A stretch of 24,315 bases of DNA from Alphaproteobacteria bacterium (GTDB lineage Bacteria > Pseudomonadota > Alphaproteobacteria > UBA9219): NCBI GenBank assembly GCA_028693775.1, contig JAQUUS010000001.1, positions 1-24,315 of the forward strand, in the 5' to 3' direction. The number at the start of each line of letters is the position of its first letter. The stretch's first letter is position 1. The notes under the pieces were generated by a model. It saw only the letters and a list, made by a program, of their open reading frames with translations. It made no database searches and was not told where the DNA came from. Of the stretch, positions 1 to 9,311 are shown piece after piece. The position numbers were made by a program, and so were the translations under genes.

Positions 1-300
1 TCTCTTTCCTTGATCGACAACTTCATGGAAGAAGTCGGCGGCCGGGGCCTCGCGGCTATCAGCCGCGCTATCGGCATCGAAAAGGCGGGCTTCGTTTCCT
101 TGTTCCTGCTCTCACGCGGCGGTCGCCCCGGAGAACAGATCGTTCATCCTCGCGAGCTTTCCTATGCGCTGGCCACCTTTGACCGTATGACTCCGGACAC
201 CGCAAAGGAACTGCTTCATAGCTGGAGCGTCGATCCTTCCTACTTTGTGAGCCATCAGGAAGACGCCTCCGCCGAAGATCCGTCCCGTAACCACGCCTGA
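1..300 (+). CDS. 3' end of probable DUF2336 domain-containing protein (partial, 5' end outside window)
   Basis: Frame 1 is open from base 1 to TGA 298-300. The peptide GGRGLAAISRAIGIEKAGFVSLFLLSR...RELSYALATFDRMTPDTAKELLHSWSVDP resembles my recollection of alphaproteobacterial DUF2336 C-termini; not checked by search. Confidence 0.55.
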   Translation, partial: SLSLIDNFMEEVGGRGLAAISRAIGIEKAGFVSLFLLSRGGRPGEQIVHPRELSYALATFDRMTPDTAKELLHSWSVDPSYFVSHQEDASAEDPSRNHA

Positions 301-342
301 GCCGGAAACGGTCCTTTTTTACCTTCCGGCAAGGCTTTTTTT
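301..342 (+). terminator. possible terminator hairpin after the DUF2336-like gene
   Basis: GCCGGAA (301-307) and TTCCGGC (324-330) form an inverted repeat directly after the stop codon. The T-run begins a few nt later, so spacing is imperfect. Confidence 0.35.
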
Positions 343-446
343 CGCTCGCGCACGCTTTTGCGCCAGTTGACCGGGGCCCCTTTTGCATGGAATCATCCCC
401 CTTACGCGCACTCGGCTTTTTTTCATAATCGACCACGGAGAACCGC

Positions 447-1334
447 ATGACCACGAAGATCGAAGGAACCTGGCCCGCCCTCATAACCCCCTTTAAAGAC
501 GGAGCTGTGGACGAAGCCAAAATCCGCGACCTCACCAAGTGGCAAATCAAAAACGGAGTCAGCGGCATTATCGCTTGCGGGACCACTGGCGAAGCTCCGA
601 CGCTCGATACCGAAGAACATTCCTGCGTCGTCAGGACCATTGTCGAGGCCGCAGACGGCAAGGTTCCCGTTTTTGCAGGCGTCGGCACAAACAACACCAA
701 GCATGTGATCGAAAATGCCAAGCGCGTCGAAAAACTCGGCGTCGAAGGCCTCCTCGTCGTCAATCCCTACTATAACAAACCCACACAGAGCGGCCTTTAT
801 GCGCATTTCCGCGCCGTCTCGGAAGCAACGCCTCTGGATATCATTGTTTATAACATTCAGGGCCGTACGGCTGTAAACGTCGAGACTCCCACGCTCGTCA
901 GGCTCGCCAACGATTGCAAAAATATCGTGGGCGTCAAGGAAGCTTCGGGCTCGCTCGATCAGATGTCCCAAGTCGCCCGCTCCTGCCCCAAGGGCTTTGC
1001 CATGATGTCCGGCGACGACGCCCTGACCCTCCCTTGCATGGCCGTGGGCGGCAAGGGCGTTATTGCCACAACGGCTAACATCGTTCCGAAAGAAATGAGC
1101 GATATGACTTCCGCCGCTTTGGCCGGGAACTGGGACAAGGCACGCGAGCTTCATTTCAGGCTCTATCCCCTCTTCAAGGCTCTCTTTATCGAATCGAACC
1201 CTCAGCCTTTGAAGGAGGCCATGGCCATGATGAAGCTTATCGACGCCCCGGAACTCCGTTTGCCGATGGTTCGCATGGAAGAGGCCAACAGGTTGCGTCT
1301 GGCCGCCGTTATGAAGGAATATGGGCTGATTTGA
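447..1334 (+). CDS. dapA: 4-hydroxy-tetrahydrodipicolinate synthase
   Basis: 295 aa with GTTGE, YY (NPYYNKP), YNIxGRT and the Schiff-base lysine in GVKEASG; GGAG RBS upstream of the ATG. Confidence 0.96.
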   Translation: MTTKIEGTWPALITPFKDGAVDEAKIRDLTKWQIKNGVSGIIACGTTGEAPTLDTEEHSCVVRTIVEAADGKVPVFAGVGTNNTKHVIENAKRVEKLGVEGLLVVNPYYNKPTQSGLYAHFRAVSEATPLDIIVYNIQGRTAVNVETPTLVRLANDCKNIVGVKEASGSLDQMSQVARSCPKGFAMMSGDDALTLPCMAVGGKGVIATTANIVPKEMSDMTSAALAGNWDKARELHFRLYPLFKALFIESNPQPLKEAMAMMKLIDAPELRLPMVRMEEANRLRLAAVMKEYGLI

Positions 1335-1347
1335 GCCATCATGACAG

Positions 1348-1387
1348 AAAAAGCCCTTCCGGACTCTTGTCGGGAAGGGCTTTTTTT
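1348..1387. terminator. intrinsic terminator after dapA (bidirectional form)
   Basis: AAAAA-GCCCTTCC...GGAAGGGC-TTTTTTT, 13 nt after the dapA stop. Confidence 0.85.
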
Positions 1388-1541
1388 AACCCTGACGCCT
1401 TCACTGCTACAAAAACAGGCCGCCTGGAAATGGAAAACAGGTATAAGAACCTTGCCCTTGCGGCTTGCATTTTTTAACGTCAGCATGCTTATGGAGCATG
1501 AACGAGTCGCCTTTTTTCCATGCATAAACCGGAGAATATTG

Positions 1542-1973
1542 ATGTCAGCTTTTATTATAAAAATTAATGCCGCCACGATAGACGAAAACAAGGGATGTGC
1601 CCTTTCCCATTCGGAAAACGCGCTTTATCTGACGAATGAATCTTTTGAAGTTTCGCAAATCGAGATTACTCGCGATCCTTTTACCGATGAAAACAGCTCC
1701 AGAATCTTCAGGCCAGGGCTTCTGATCACCCGAGGAAAAACGTCATACTTCGCCTTGGATATTACGGCCAGGCAATTTGACCGGGACATCACTGATTACC
1801 TTCGCGTAAACAACCATTTTGTGCGCATGGACGTAACACAAGACTATAATCGCAAGCCTTCGGAAGGCGATGGCCCCCTCGCTCAGGAAAGCGAAAGGGT
1901 TTATGCAGGCCGCAGCGTTTCCGGAAAGGAATTAAAAGCCGCTTATCGCTTTGTGATGCACAATACGCTTTAA
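1542..1973 (+). CDS. hypothetical protein, 143 aa
   Basis: GGAG at 1531-1534 lies 7 nt before ATG 1542, and a terminator follows the stop. The longer 1341 start would run through the dapA terminator. No family recognised. Confidence 0.7.
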   Translation: MSAFIIKINAATIDENKGCALSHSENALYLTNESFEVSQIEITRDPFTDENSSRIFRPGLLITRGKTSYFALDITARQFDRDITDYLRVNNHFVRMDVTQDYNRKPSEGDGPLAQESERVYAGRSVSGKELKAAYRFVMHNTL

Positions 1974-1988
1974 TTTATGGGACAAAAC

Positions 1989-2026
1989 AAAACGCCCTTC
2001 CGGACAAATCCGGAAGGGCGTTTTTT
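1989..2026. terminator. bidirectional intrinsic terminator
   Basis: Perfect 16-bp inverted repeat AAAACGCCCTTCCGGA-caaa-TCCGGAAGGGCGTTTT followed by more T, lying between convergent ORFs. Confidence 0.9.
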
Positions 2027-2071
2027 CTTGGCTTTACCTTACTTTGCTCTCACTACCCGCACCAACCCACT

Positions 2072-2488
2072 CTATGCCGCCGAAGAAGCCACCAGCGCCA
2101 CAGCATCGGTTTCGCGACGCTGGGACAGCGTATAACGGGCTCCCTCCTCAACTTCCTTCATCAGGCGGGCCTTTCGGCGGCCCTTTTCCATCTGATGAAG
2201 CGCATACCAGATCGAATTTACGCTCACATTGAATACCGCCGCACGCTGCTTCAGAAGCGCGTTGGGATACGCCTCCACATGGGCGCGCAAAGCGACCCAG
2301 TCCATCTTGTGCTTGGAACGAACCTGCCCACGGGGACCGGGCTTGTGGTAGGTCATTGGATCGTCGGCTTTGAGCCAGTTCGAAACGCTCTGGACACTCA
2401 CACCGAAACGGCGAGCAGCTTCGGCTTTACTCCCCCCGCTTTGGACAAAAGCAAGTACTCTTTTTCTCAAATCTATGCTGCACCGCAT
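2072..2488 (-). pseudogene. IS630 transposase N-terminal fragment fused to a 38-aa non-transposase tail (138 aa ORF)
   Basis: GGAGGA RBS (2493-2498) before ATG 2488. The ORF stays open to TAG at 2072 but lacks the expected basic orfA end and any catalytic orfB. Confidence 0.65.
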
Positions 2489-2537
2489 AACGTCCTCCAC
2501 ATTAATGAATGTTGCACCGCGTTATGTAATGCTATGA
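2189..2537 (-). mobile_element. truncated IS630-family element (left end plus N-terminal HTH part of the transposase; no DDE domain)
   Basis: MRCSIDLRKRVLAFVQSGGSKAEAARRFGVS..SVSNWLK...LRAHVEAYPNALLKQRAAVFNVSVNSIWYALHQM matches the IS630 orfA/HTH pattern. Similarity stops near codon 100. The left boundary is approximate. Confidence 0.75.
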
Positions 2538-2821
2538 TCATACACTAAGACACAAAGCGTGGAAATACCTGTTGTTTAGTGGTTACTTGTTACCCTTTTT
2601 GGATAAGTTTTACGATCCGGAACAAATTAAAGGTACTTACAATCGTTATTCTCGGTATGTGAAATTAATTTTTAAAAATAGTTTCACGCAATTTCATTAA
2701 CTTTTGCCGGAGAAATTTTGGCGAAAAAATGGCGATCTATTTTCAAGTTTTTTTTAGAATAATCTCTTGGAAGAGCGTTTTTTGGTCCCTCTTTCCCCTG
2801 CCGATTCGGGATGTCGCCACA

Positions 2822-2856
2822 TAAAAAAACGCCCCGCACGATGGCGGGGCGCTTTT
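2822..2856 (-). terminator. intrinsic terminator closing the ribosomal cluster after rplO
   Basis: On the - strand CGCCCCGC-catcgt-GCGGGGCG-TTTTTTT; the stem begins 21 nt after the rplO stop. Confidence 0.88.
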
Positions 2857-2872
2857 GCTATGTCTCGTTCGA

Positions 2873-3352
2873 TCAGGCCGCTTTTTCTTCGGTCTTGACC
2901 GTCAACGTCACTTTGCCGCCGGCTTTTTCAATCGCGGCAATGGCGGACTTCGAGGCTCCGGCGACCGTGAGGTCGAGCTTCGCCTTGAGTTCGCCCTTGC
3001 CAATGATGCGGACGCCATCACGGGCCTTGGATGCAATGCCTGCTTCCATCAGACTTTCGGACGTAATCGGCTTCTTGGCGTCAATGCGGCCTGCGTCAAT
3101 CGCCTGCTGCAACCGGCCCAGATTCACGGCCGAATAGTCCTTGGCAAAAATGTTTTTGAAACCGCGCTTCGGCAGACGGCGGCTCAGCGGCATCTGGCCG
3201 CCTTCGAACCCGCCGATGGATACACCCGTACGGGCCTTCTGGCCCTTGACGCCGCGTCCGCAGGTTTTGCCCTTTCCGGAGCCGATGCCACGGCCAACGG
3301 TGATGGGCTTCTTGCGCGCGCCGGGATTGTCACGGAGATCGTTGAGCTTCAT
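2873..3352 (-). CDS. rplO: 50S ribosomal protein L15
   Basis: [46 protein letters not shown]; start taken at ATG 3352. Confidence 0.97.
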   Translation of the reverse strand: MKLNDLRDNPGARKKPITVGRGIGSGKGKTCGRGVKGQKARTGVSIGGFEGGQMPLSRRLPKRGFKNIFAKDYSAVNLGRLQQAIDAGRIDAKKPITSESLMEAGIASKARDGVRIIGKGELKAKLDLTVAGASKSAIAAIEKAGGKVTLTVKTEEKAA

Positions 3353-3356
3353 GTTC

Positions 3357-3575
3357 TTAACCCTTCTTCTCTTCCACACGCACCAGATGGCGCACGCGGG
3401 TAATCATGCCGCGAATGGCCGGTGTATCCAGCAATTCGCGCGTTGCGTTCGTACGGCCAAGACCGAGACCGACGAGCGTTTCTTTCATTTTCGGGCCATT
3501 GCCGCTCGTGCCGCCAACCTGCGTCACGACGATCGTTTTGCCCGACTTTTTCGCTTCCGCTTTCTTCGTAGCCAT
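3357..3575 (-). CDS. rpmD: 50S ribosomal protein L30
   Basis: TLVGLGLGR...[16 protein letters not shown] motif and position between rpsE and rplO; GAGGGA RBS before ATG 3575. Confidence 0.92.
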   Translation of the reverse strand: MATKKAEAKKSGKTIVVTQVGGTSGNGPKMKETLVGLGLGRTNATRELLDTPAIRGMITRVRHLVRVEEKKG

Positions 3576-3587
3576 AACGTCCCTCAT

Positions 3588-4154
3588 TTATTCCTTGGCA
3601 GCGGCGTCTTCAGCCTGCTTCTTGCCAAGAATTTCATTGACTTTCTTGCCGCGACGGACAGCCACCGAACGCGGGCTGGAAACCTGATGCAAGGCATCGA
3701 ACGTCGCCTTGATCATGTTGTGCGGATTGCTCGAGCCGACAGACTTGGCAACCACATCCTGAATTCCAAGCGCTTCGAACAAGGCGCGCATCGGTCCGCC
3801 AGCGATGATGCCAGTACCGGCCGGAGCCGCACGAAGGACAACCTTCCCTGCCCCGAAACGGCCGCGCACGTCGTGATGTAACGTACGGCCTTCGCGAAGA
3901 GGAATGCGCTTCATCGCACGCTTTGCGGCGTTCGTGGCCTTTGTGATCGCTTCGGGAACTTCGCGAGCTTTGCCCGTTCCGTATCCGACACGGCCTTTAC
4001 CGTCGCCGATAATGACCATCGCAGCCATCTTGAAGCTTTTACCGCCCTTGACGACCTTGGTCACGCGATTGATGCCGACGAGCTTTTCGATGAGCTCACT
4101 GCCTTCGCGTTCGTCTTTATCTTCGCTCTTCTTCGATTTTTCGGGTTTCGCCAT
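3588..4154 (-). CDS. rpsE: 30S ribosomal protein S5
   Basis: [31 protein letters not shown] motifs. Confidence 0.97.
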   Translation of the reverse strand: MAKPEKSKKSEDKDEREGSELIEKLVGINRVTKVVKGGKSFKMAAMVIIGDGKGRVGYGTGKAREVPEAITKATNAAKRAMKRIPLREGRTLHHDVRGRFGAGKVVLRAAPAGTGIIAGGPMRALFEALGIQDVVAKSVGSSNPHNMIKATFDALHQVSSPRSVAVRRGKKVNEILGKKQAEDAAAKE

Positions 4155-4175
4155 AGTTTCCTCTGTTGAACCTTA

Positions 4176-4538
4176 TTAGAAGGAAAGGCCCGCTTCGCGC
4201 GCGGCCTCCGCTAATTCCTTGATGCGACCGTGATAGATATAGCCTCCGCGGTCGAAGACCACTTCCTTGATGCCAGCCTTGATCGCACGCTCGGCGACCA
4301 GCTGACCGACGGCCTTGGCCGCCGCTTTGTCGGCGCCCGTCTTCAGCTTCTTGCGCAGGGCTTCTTCGAGCGACGATGCCGAGACAATCGTCTTCCCGGC
4401 CTTGTCGTCGATAACCTGTACGGAGATGTTCCGCTCCGAGCGATAGACCGACAGGCGCGGACGTCCGTGCGCGTTCTTCGCAATGTTGTAGCGGTTGCGC
4501 TGGGCGCGGCGTTCGTGCAGTTCTTTTGGACTTAACAT
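4176..4538 (-). CDS. rplR: 50S ribosomal protein L18
   Basis: [31 protein letters not shown]. Confidence 0.97.
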   Translation of the reverse strand: MLSPKELHERRAQRNRYNIAKNAHGRPRLSVYRSERNISVQVIDDKAGKTIVSASSLEEALRKKLKTGADKAAAKAVGQLVAERAIKAGIKEVVFDRGGYIYHGRIKELAEAAREAGLSF

Positions 4539-4576
4539 GTGAGCCTCTGTTTCCTCTGACCGGTTTCCCGATAGCC

Positions 4577-5110
4577 TTATTTCTTCTTACCTTCTTTGCG
4601 GCGGATCTTTTCGCCCTGATACTTGATGCCTTTGCCCTTGTAGGGTTCGGGCTTCTTCATTCCGCGAATCTCGGCGGCAACCTGACCGACTTTTTGACGG
4701 TCAAAGCCCGTGATCGACAGCTGCGTGGGCTTTTCGGCCTTGATCGTGATCCCCGCCGGAGGCGTGAAATGCACGTCGTGGCTGAAGCCGATCTGGAGCA
4801 CCAAATTCTTGCCCTGCATCGCCGCCTTGAAGCCGACGCCTTCGATCTCAAGAACCTTCTTGAAGCCCTCGGAAACGCCTTGAACCATGTTCTTGATGTT
4901 GTTGCGGGTCGTTCCCCACAAAACGCGCGCTCTGGGCGTGTCGTGCTTCATGGAAACGGCGACCTTTCCGCCATCGACCTTTACGTCGATCTCGGAGGGG
5001 ATGACAAGATCCAGCGTGCCGAGCTTGCCCTTGACGGCAACGGTGCGGTTCTTGATTTCCACCGTAACGCCTTGCGGCAGAGCTACGGGATATTTGCCAA
5101 CGCGTGACAT
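4577..5110 (-). CDS. rplF: 50S ribosomal protein L6
   Basis: [19 protein letters not shown]. Confidence 0.97.
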   Translation of the reverse strand: MSRVGKYPVALPQGVTVEIKNRTVAVKGKLGTLDLVIPSEIDVKVDGGKVAVSMKHDTPRARVLWGTTRNNIKNMVQGVSEGFKKVLEIEGVGFKAAMQGKNLVLQIGFSHDVHFTPPAGITIKAEKPTQLSITGFDRQKVGQVAAEIRGMKKPEPYKGKGIKYQGEKIRRKEGKKK

Positions 5111-5151
5111 TTGATTACCTCAAAACTTTAAGTGTCTCAATCAATCTCGTC

Positions 5152-5553
5152 TTAGAACACCCTGCACAAGACTTCGCCGCCGACATGCTGCGCGCGCGCT
5201 TCGTTATCCGAAAGCACACCGTGCGGCGTCGACAGAATGGAGATGCCCAACCCATTGAACACACGGCCCAAGTCCTTGATGCCAGCGTAAACGCGGCGTC
5301 CGGGAGTCGAAACCCGTTCGATCTTCTGGATGGCGGGCAGGCCTTCGTGATACTTCAGTTCGATTTCGAACTGCGCCTGCGCCGTTCCCTTCTTCACTTC
5401 CGTGTAGCCGCGAATGTAGCCTTCGCGCGCCAACGTTTCGAGCACATCCTTGCGGTGCTTGCTGGCGGGGCAGCTTACCACTGCCATATTCGCCATCTGA
5501 CCGTTGCGGATGCGTGTCAGCATATCTCCAAGCGTATCTGAAACTACGGACAT
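5152..5553 (-). CDS. rpsH: 30S ribosomal protein S8
   Basis: DMLTRIRNG, STPGRRVY, GLGISILSTPHGV, GGEVLC. Confidence 0.97.
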   Translation of the reverse strand: MSVVSDTLGDMLTRIRNGQMANMAVVSCPASKHRKDVLETLAREGYIRGYTEVKKGTAQAQFEIELKYHEGLPAIQKIERVSTPGRRVYAGIKDLGRVFNGLGISILSTPHGVLSDNEARAQHVGGEVLCRVF

Positions 5554-5565
5554 GTACGTTCCCCC

Positions 5566-5871
5566 TTACCAGCTCGACTTGATCACGCCCGGAATCTGGC
5601 CGGCCGAGGCCAGCTCGCGGAACTTGATGCGGCTGAGCTTGAATTTGCGATAGTTGCCGCGAGGACGCCCTGTCAGTTCGCAGCGGTTGCGCTGGCGGAT
5701 TTTCGCGGCATTGCGCGGAAGCTTCGCCAGCTTCATTACGGCCTCAAAACGCTCTTCCATCGGCGTTTCCTTATCCTTGATCGCGGCCTTGAGTGCGGCG
5801 CGGCGCTTGGCGAATTGCTTCTCCAGGCGTTTGCGCTTGCCTTCCTTTTCGATCATGCATTTTTTAGCCAT
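5566..5871 (-). CDS. rpsN: 30S ribosomal protein S14 (long, Zn-independent type)
   Basis: 101 aa; [31 protein letters not shown]; no CxxC pairs. Confidence 0.97.
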   Translation of the reverse strand: MAKKCMIEKEGKRKRLEKQFAKRRAALKAAIKDKETPMEERFEAVMKLAKLPRNAAKIRQRNRCELTGRPRGNYRKFKLSRIKFRELASAGQIPGVIKSSW

Positions 5872-5881
5872 CTACGTCTCC

Positions 5882-6448
5882 TTATCCCTGAAAGGGCATA
5901 TTGAAAGCACGAAGCAGTTCACGCGCTTCGTCGTCGGTTTTTGCGGTCGTGCAGATCACGATATCCATGCCGCGGATTTCGTCGATCTTGTCGAACTCGA
6001 TTTCCGGAAACACGATCTGTTCTTTCAGGCCCAGCGCATAGTTGCCGTTGCCGTCGAAGCTCTTGACCGACACGCCGCGGAAGTCGCGCACGCGGGGCAA
6101 GGCAATCGTGATCAGGCGATCCAGAAATTCGTACATCTTCTCGCGGCGCAACGTGACTTTACAGCCGATGCCGAGGCCGCCGCGCAGCTTGAACGACGCG
6201 ATCGCCTTGCGGGCTTTCGTCACGACGGGCCTCTGCCCGGCGATCAACGCAAGCTCTTCGGCCGCGTTCTTCGTTTTCTTGCTGTCGCCCGTAGCTTCGC
6301 CGACGCCCATGTTGATGACGATCTTGTCGAGCTTCGGTGCTTCCAGGCTGTTCGTGTAGCCGAACTTCTTGATCAGGTCCGCTTTGATCGTTTCCTGATA
6401 AAGCTTCTGCAAGCGCGGAACGTATTTGTCTTTTTTCGCTGCAACCAT
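5882..6448 (-). CDS. rplE: 50S ribosomal protein L5
   Basis: [31 protein letters not shown]. Confidence 0.97.
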   Translation of the reverse strand: MVAAKKDKYVPRLQKLYQETIKADLIKKFGYTNSLEAPKLDKIVINMGVGEATGDSKKTKNAAEELALIAGQRPVVTKARKAIASFKLRGGLGIGCKVTLRREKMYEFLDRLITIALPRVRDFRGVSVKSFDGNGNYALGLKEQIVFPEIEFDKIDEIRGMDIVICTTAKTDDEARELLRAFNMPFQG

Positions 6449-6457
6449 TTTACCCTC

Positions 6458-6775
6458 TTAAACTTCTTCGCCGGAACGGCGGGCAATGCGGGTTTTGACG
6501 CCCTTGATGTCCTTGTAACCGGCGCGAGTCGCCTTCTTTGTCTTCGGATCGACCAGCGCGACATTCGACGCATGGATCGTGCTTTCCCTGCGAACGATCC
6601 CGCCTTGCGGATTCGCCTGCGAGGGCTTCGTGTGCCGCGCGATCATGTTGACGCCAGAGACCTTGACGCGGTTTTCCTTCGGCATCACGGCGATGATTTC
6701 GCCCGTCTTGCCTTTATCCTTGCCCGAAAGGACAACGACTTTGTCCTTGGTTTTGATTTTCAATTTCGTAGCCAT
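6458..6775 (-). CDS. rplX: 50S ribosomal protein L24
   Basis: KOW motif KDKVVVLSGKDKGKTG. True start is ATG 6775, overlapping the rplN TAA (TAATG); the longer ORF-track start is spurious. Confidence 0.96.
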   Translation of the reverse strand: MATKLKIKTKDKVVVLSGKDKGKTGEIIAVMPKENRVKVSGVNMIARHTKPSQANPQGGIVRRESTIHASNVALVDPKTKKATRAGYKDIKGVKTRIARRSGEEV

Positions 6776-7143
6776 TAGAGCACTTCCTCTGCCAAGGAGA
6801 TAATTTTCATGAAGCCGAGGCTGCGCAGTTCGCGCGTCACCGGCCCAAAGATACGGGTTCCAATCGGTTCCAGTTCCTTGTTGATCAACACCGCCGCGTT
6901 GCGGTCGAAGCGGATCACCGTCCCGTCCTTGCGGCGCAAGGGATAGCTCTGGCGGACGATCACGGCCTTGTGCACGTCGCCCTTCTTCACCTTGCCGCGG
7001 GGAATAGCGTCGCGAACGGAGATAACGATGATATCGCCGATCTTCGCCGTGGTGCGATGCGAGCCGCCCGGAACCTTGATGCAGCATACAGCTTTCGCGC
7101 CGCTGTTGTCCGCTACATCAAGTACTGTTTCCATCTGAATCAT
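6775..7143 (-). CDS. rplN: 50S ribosomal protein L14
   Basis: [28 protein letters not shown]. Confidence 0.97.
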   Translation of the reverse strand: MIQMETVLDVADNSGAKAVCCIKVPGGSHRTTAKIGDIIVISVRDAIPRGKVKKGDVHKAVIVRQSYPLRRKDGTVIRFDRNAAVLINKELEPIGTRIFGPVTRELRSLGFMKIISLAEEVL

Positions 7144-7167
7144 GATGATACCCTATTCATAAAACCG

Positions 7168-7437
7168 TTACTTGGCCGCTTTATTCGCGGGTTTCTTTTC
7201 AACCGCCTTTTCCGTGACGAGCATCCAGCGCTTGCGCTTGCTGATGGGCGCGCATTCGATGATCTCGACGAGATCGCCCACCTTCTTGCTGTTGGCTTCG
7301 TCATGCGCCGCATACTTCTTCGAACGACGGATGTACTTCTTGTAAATCGGATGCATAACGCGGCGCTCAACCAAAACCGTTATGGTTTTGTCGCCCTTGT
7401 CACTCACAACCGTACCCTGCAATACGCGACGCGGCAT
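7168..7437 (-). CDS. rpsQ: 30S ribosomal protein S17
   Basis: [30 protein letters not shown]; start at ATG 7437. Confidence 0.96.
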   Translation of the reverse strand: MPRRVLQGTVVSDKGDKTITVLVERRVMHPIYKKYIRRSKKYAAHDEANSKKVGDLVEIIECAPISKRKRWMLVTEKAVEKKPANKAAK

Positions 7438-7438
7438 G

Positions 7439-7669
7439 TTATTTCCCCTCTTTCTTGGACCCGGCGGCACGTTTCCGCTCGCCGACGACCGTCGTAATTT
7501 GAGCAATTTCCTTCCGGACGTGGCTTACGCGCGCCGTATTGGCTAGCTGGCCTGTGGCCTTCTGGAAACGCAGGTTGAACTGTTCCTTGCGCAGTTCGCC
7601 CAGGCGCTCTTCGAGCTCCTTGTCCGTCTTGGTCCGCACATCGGCGGTTTTTACTGTGTTCTTGGCCAT
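7439..7669 (-). CDS. rpmC: 50S ribosomal protein L29
   Basis: [24 protein letters not shown]; position in the operon. Confidence 0.95.
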   Translation of the reverse strand: MAKNTVKTADVRTKTDKELEERLGELRKEQFNLRFQKATGQLANTARVSHVRKEIAQITTVVGERKRAAGSKKEGK

Positions 7670-7694
7670 AATCTATGCCCTCTTCCTAACTCTC

Positions 7695-8105
7695 TTACGC
7701 CATACGCTTGACGAATTTCGACTTCACCGGCAGCTTCGCGGAGGCAAGGGTGAATGCTTCCCTGGCCACGGCTTCCGACACGCCGTCCATTTCGAACATG
7801 ATGCGGCCCGGATGAACGCGGCTAACCCAGAATTCCGGAGCCCCTTTGCCGGATCCCATGCGGACTTCGGCCGGTTTCTTCGACACGGGAACGTCCGGGA
7901 AAATCAGAATCCACAGACGGCCTTGACGCTTCATCGCACGGGTGATGGCGCGACGAGCCGCTTCGATTTGGCGGGCCGTGACGCGTTCCGGTTCAAGAGC
8001 CTTGAGCCCGAACGAGCCGTAGCTCAACTTGAAGCCGCCCTTGGCCGCGCCGTGAATGCGGCCCTTGTGCGCCTTGCGATACTTGGTGTTTTTCGGTTGC
8101 ATCAT
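7695..8105 (-). CDS. rplP: 50S ribosomal protein L16
   Basis: [26 protein letters not shown]. Confidence 0.97.
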   Translation of the reverse strand: MMQPKNTKYRKAHKGRIHGAAKGGFKLSYGSFGLKALEPERVTARQIEAARRAITRAMKRQGRLWILIFPDVPVSKKPAEVRMGSGKGAPEFWVSRVHPGRIMFEMDGVSEAVAREAFTLASAKLPVKSKFVKRMA

Positions 8106-8125
8106 GATCGTAAACCTACTCTATC

Positions 8126-8827
8126 TTATTGCTGACGCTGCGCTTGCTGTTGCTGGCCGCCTTCCGTCTGGCGCTTCTCGTGAGCCAGAGGATCGTGCTC
8201 CAGAATTTCGCCGCGGAAGATCCAGACCTTCACGCCGCAGGTACCCATCGTCGTAAACGCCGTCGCCACGCCGTAATCGACGTCGGCGCGCAACGTGTGA
8301 AGCGGCACGCGACCTTCGCGGTACCATTCCATGCGCGCAATTTCCGCGCCGCCCAAACGTCCGCCGCAGTTGATGCGGATGCCCAGAGCTCCTGCACGAA
8401 GCGCCGATTGCACTGCGCGCTTCATGGCGCGGCGGAAACCGATGCGACGTTCAAGCTGATCGGCAATGCCCGCCGCAACGAGCTTGGCGTCGATGTCGGG
8501 CTTGCGCACTTCGACGATGTTCAGGTTCACTTCGGCCGAGGTCATTTTACTGAGCTCGCCGCGAAGCTTCTCGATGTCGGCGCCCTTCTTGCCGATAATC
8601 ACGCCGGGACGCGCGGAATGAATGGTCACGCGGGCGATCTTCGCCGGGCGTTCGATGACGATCCGCGACACGCTCGCGACCTTGCCGATCTGCTTGGTCA
8701 GATAATCGCGAATGCGAAAATCCTCATGCAACAGTTTTCCGTAGTTTTCGTGAGCGGCAAACCAGCGGCTGTCCCACGTACGGTTGATCCCAAGACGCAT
8801 GCCGATCGGATTGACTTTTTGACCCAT
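8126..8827 (-). CDS. rpsC: 30S ribosomal protein S3
   Basis: [37 protein letters not shown]. Confidence 0.97.
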   Translation of the reverse strand: MGQKVNPIGMRLGINRTWDSRWFAAHENYGKLLHEDFRIRDYLTKQIGKVASVSRIVIERPAKIARVTIHSARPGVIIGKKGADIEKLRGELSKMTSAEVNLNIVEVRKPDIDAKLVAAGIADQLERRIGFRRAMKRAVQSALRAGALGIRINCGGRLGGAEIARMEWYREGRVPLHTLRADVDYGVATAFTTMGTCGVKVWIFRGEILEHDPLAHEKRQTEGGQQQQAQRQQ

Positions 8828-8829
8828 AT

Positions 8830-9306
8830 TCAGGCTCCCGCTTTCGCTGAAGCTTCGGCAGGCTTGCCCGCTTTAGCTTTTTTCGTTTCGGATTTCTTCG
8901 AGAAGCTGCGCGCGCGCTTGGCGGACAGTTCCTTATCTGCTTCGCGTTCCTTGACGACAACCGTCAGGTTGCTGAAAGGCTTTTCGATGCCGGCGCTCTT
9001 GCCACGACCGCGCGTATGGAAGCGCTTCATCACGAACGAACGGCCAACCCACGCTTCGGCGACGTACAGCTTGTCGACGTCGAGGTTGTGGTTGTTTTCC
9101 GCGTTCGCGATCGCCGCCTGCAGCACTTTCTTCACTTCGTCGGAGACGCGGCGCTTTTCGAACGTCAGCAGCGTCAGGGCCGTCGAGGCGCTCTTGCCGC
9201 GAATGGTCTGCGCGACGAGGTTCAGCTTGCGGGCGCTCGAACGCACCGCCTTCGCTTTCGCCAATGCGCCTTTTTCCTTGCGCAACGTGTCTTTCAAATG
9301 TGCCAT
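8830..9306 (-). CDS. rplV: 50S ribosomal protein L22 with C-terminal Lys/Ala-rich extension
   Basis: [20 protein letters not shown]; about 37 extra residues after the core ending VVVKER. Confidence 0.95.
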   Translation of the reverse strand: MAHLKDTLRKEKGALAKAKAVRSSARKLNLVAQTIRGKSASTALTLLTFEKRRVSDEVKKVLQAAIANAENNHNLDVDKLYVAEAWVGRSFVMKRFHTRGRGKSAGIEKPFSNLTVVVKEREADKELSAKRARSFSKKSETKKAKAGKPAEASAKAGA

Positions 9307-9311
9307 GATCC

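Noticed and set aside
1341-1541. 210-aa version of the orphan ORF starting at 1341
   Set aside because: It would translate through the dapA terminator; a good RBS precedes ATG 1542.
2055-2072. G-rich - strand stretch as a G-quadruplex
   Set aside because: Fewer than four G3 tracts.
2596-2700. DnaA-box-like TTATCCAAA and CtrA-like TTAA pairs in the AT-rich block
   Set aside because: Only one mismatched DnaA box; TTAA spacings are not N7; expected by chance in AT-rich DNA.
6776-7087. N-terminally extended L24 (209 aa), and likewise extended S17, L15 and L30 from the ORF track
   Set aside because: The extensions overlap the upstream r-protein genes; the true starts are downstream.
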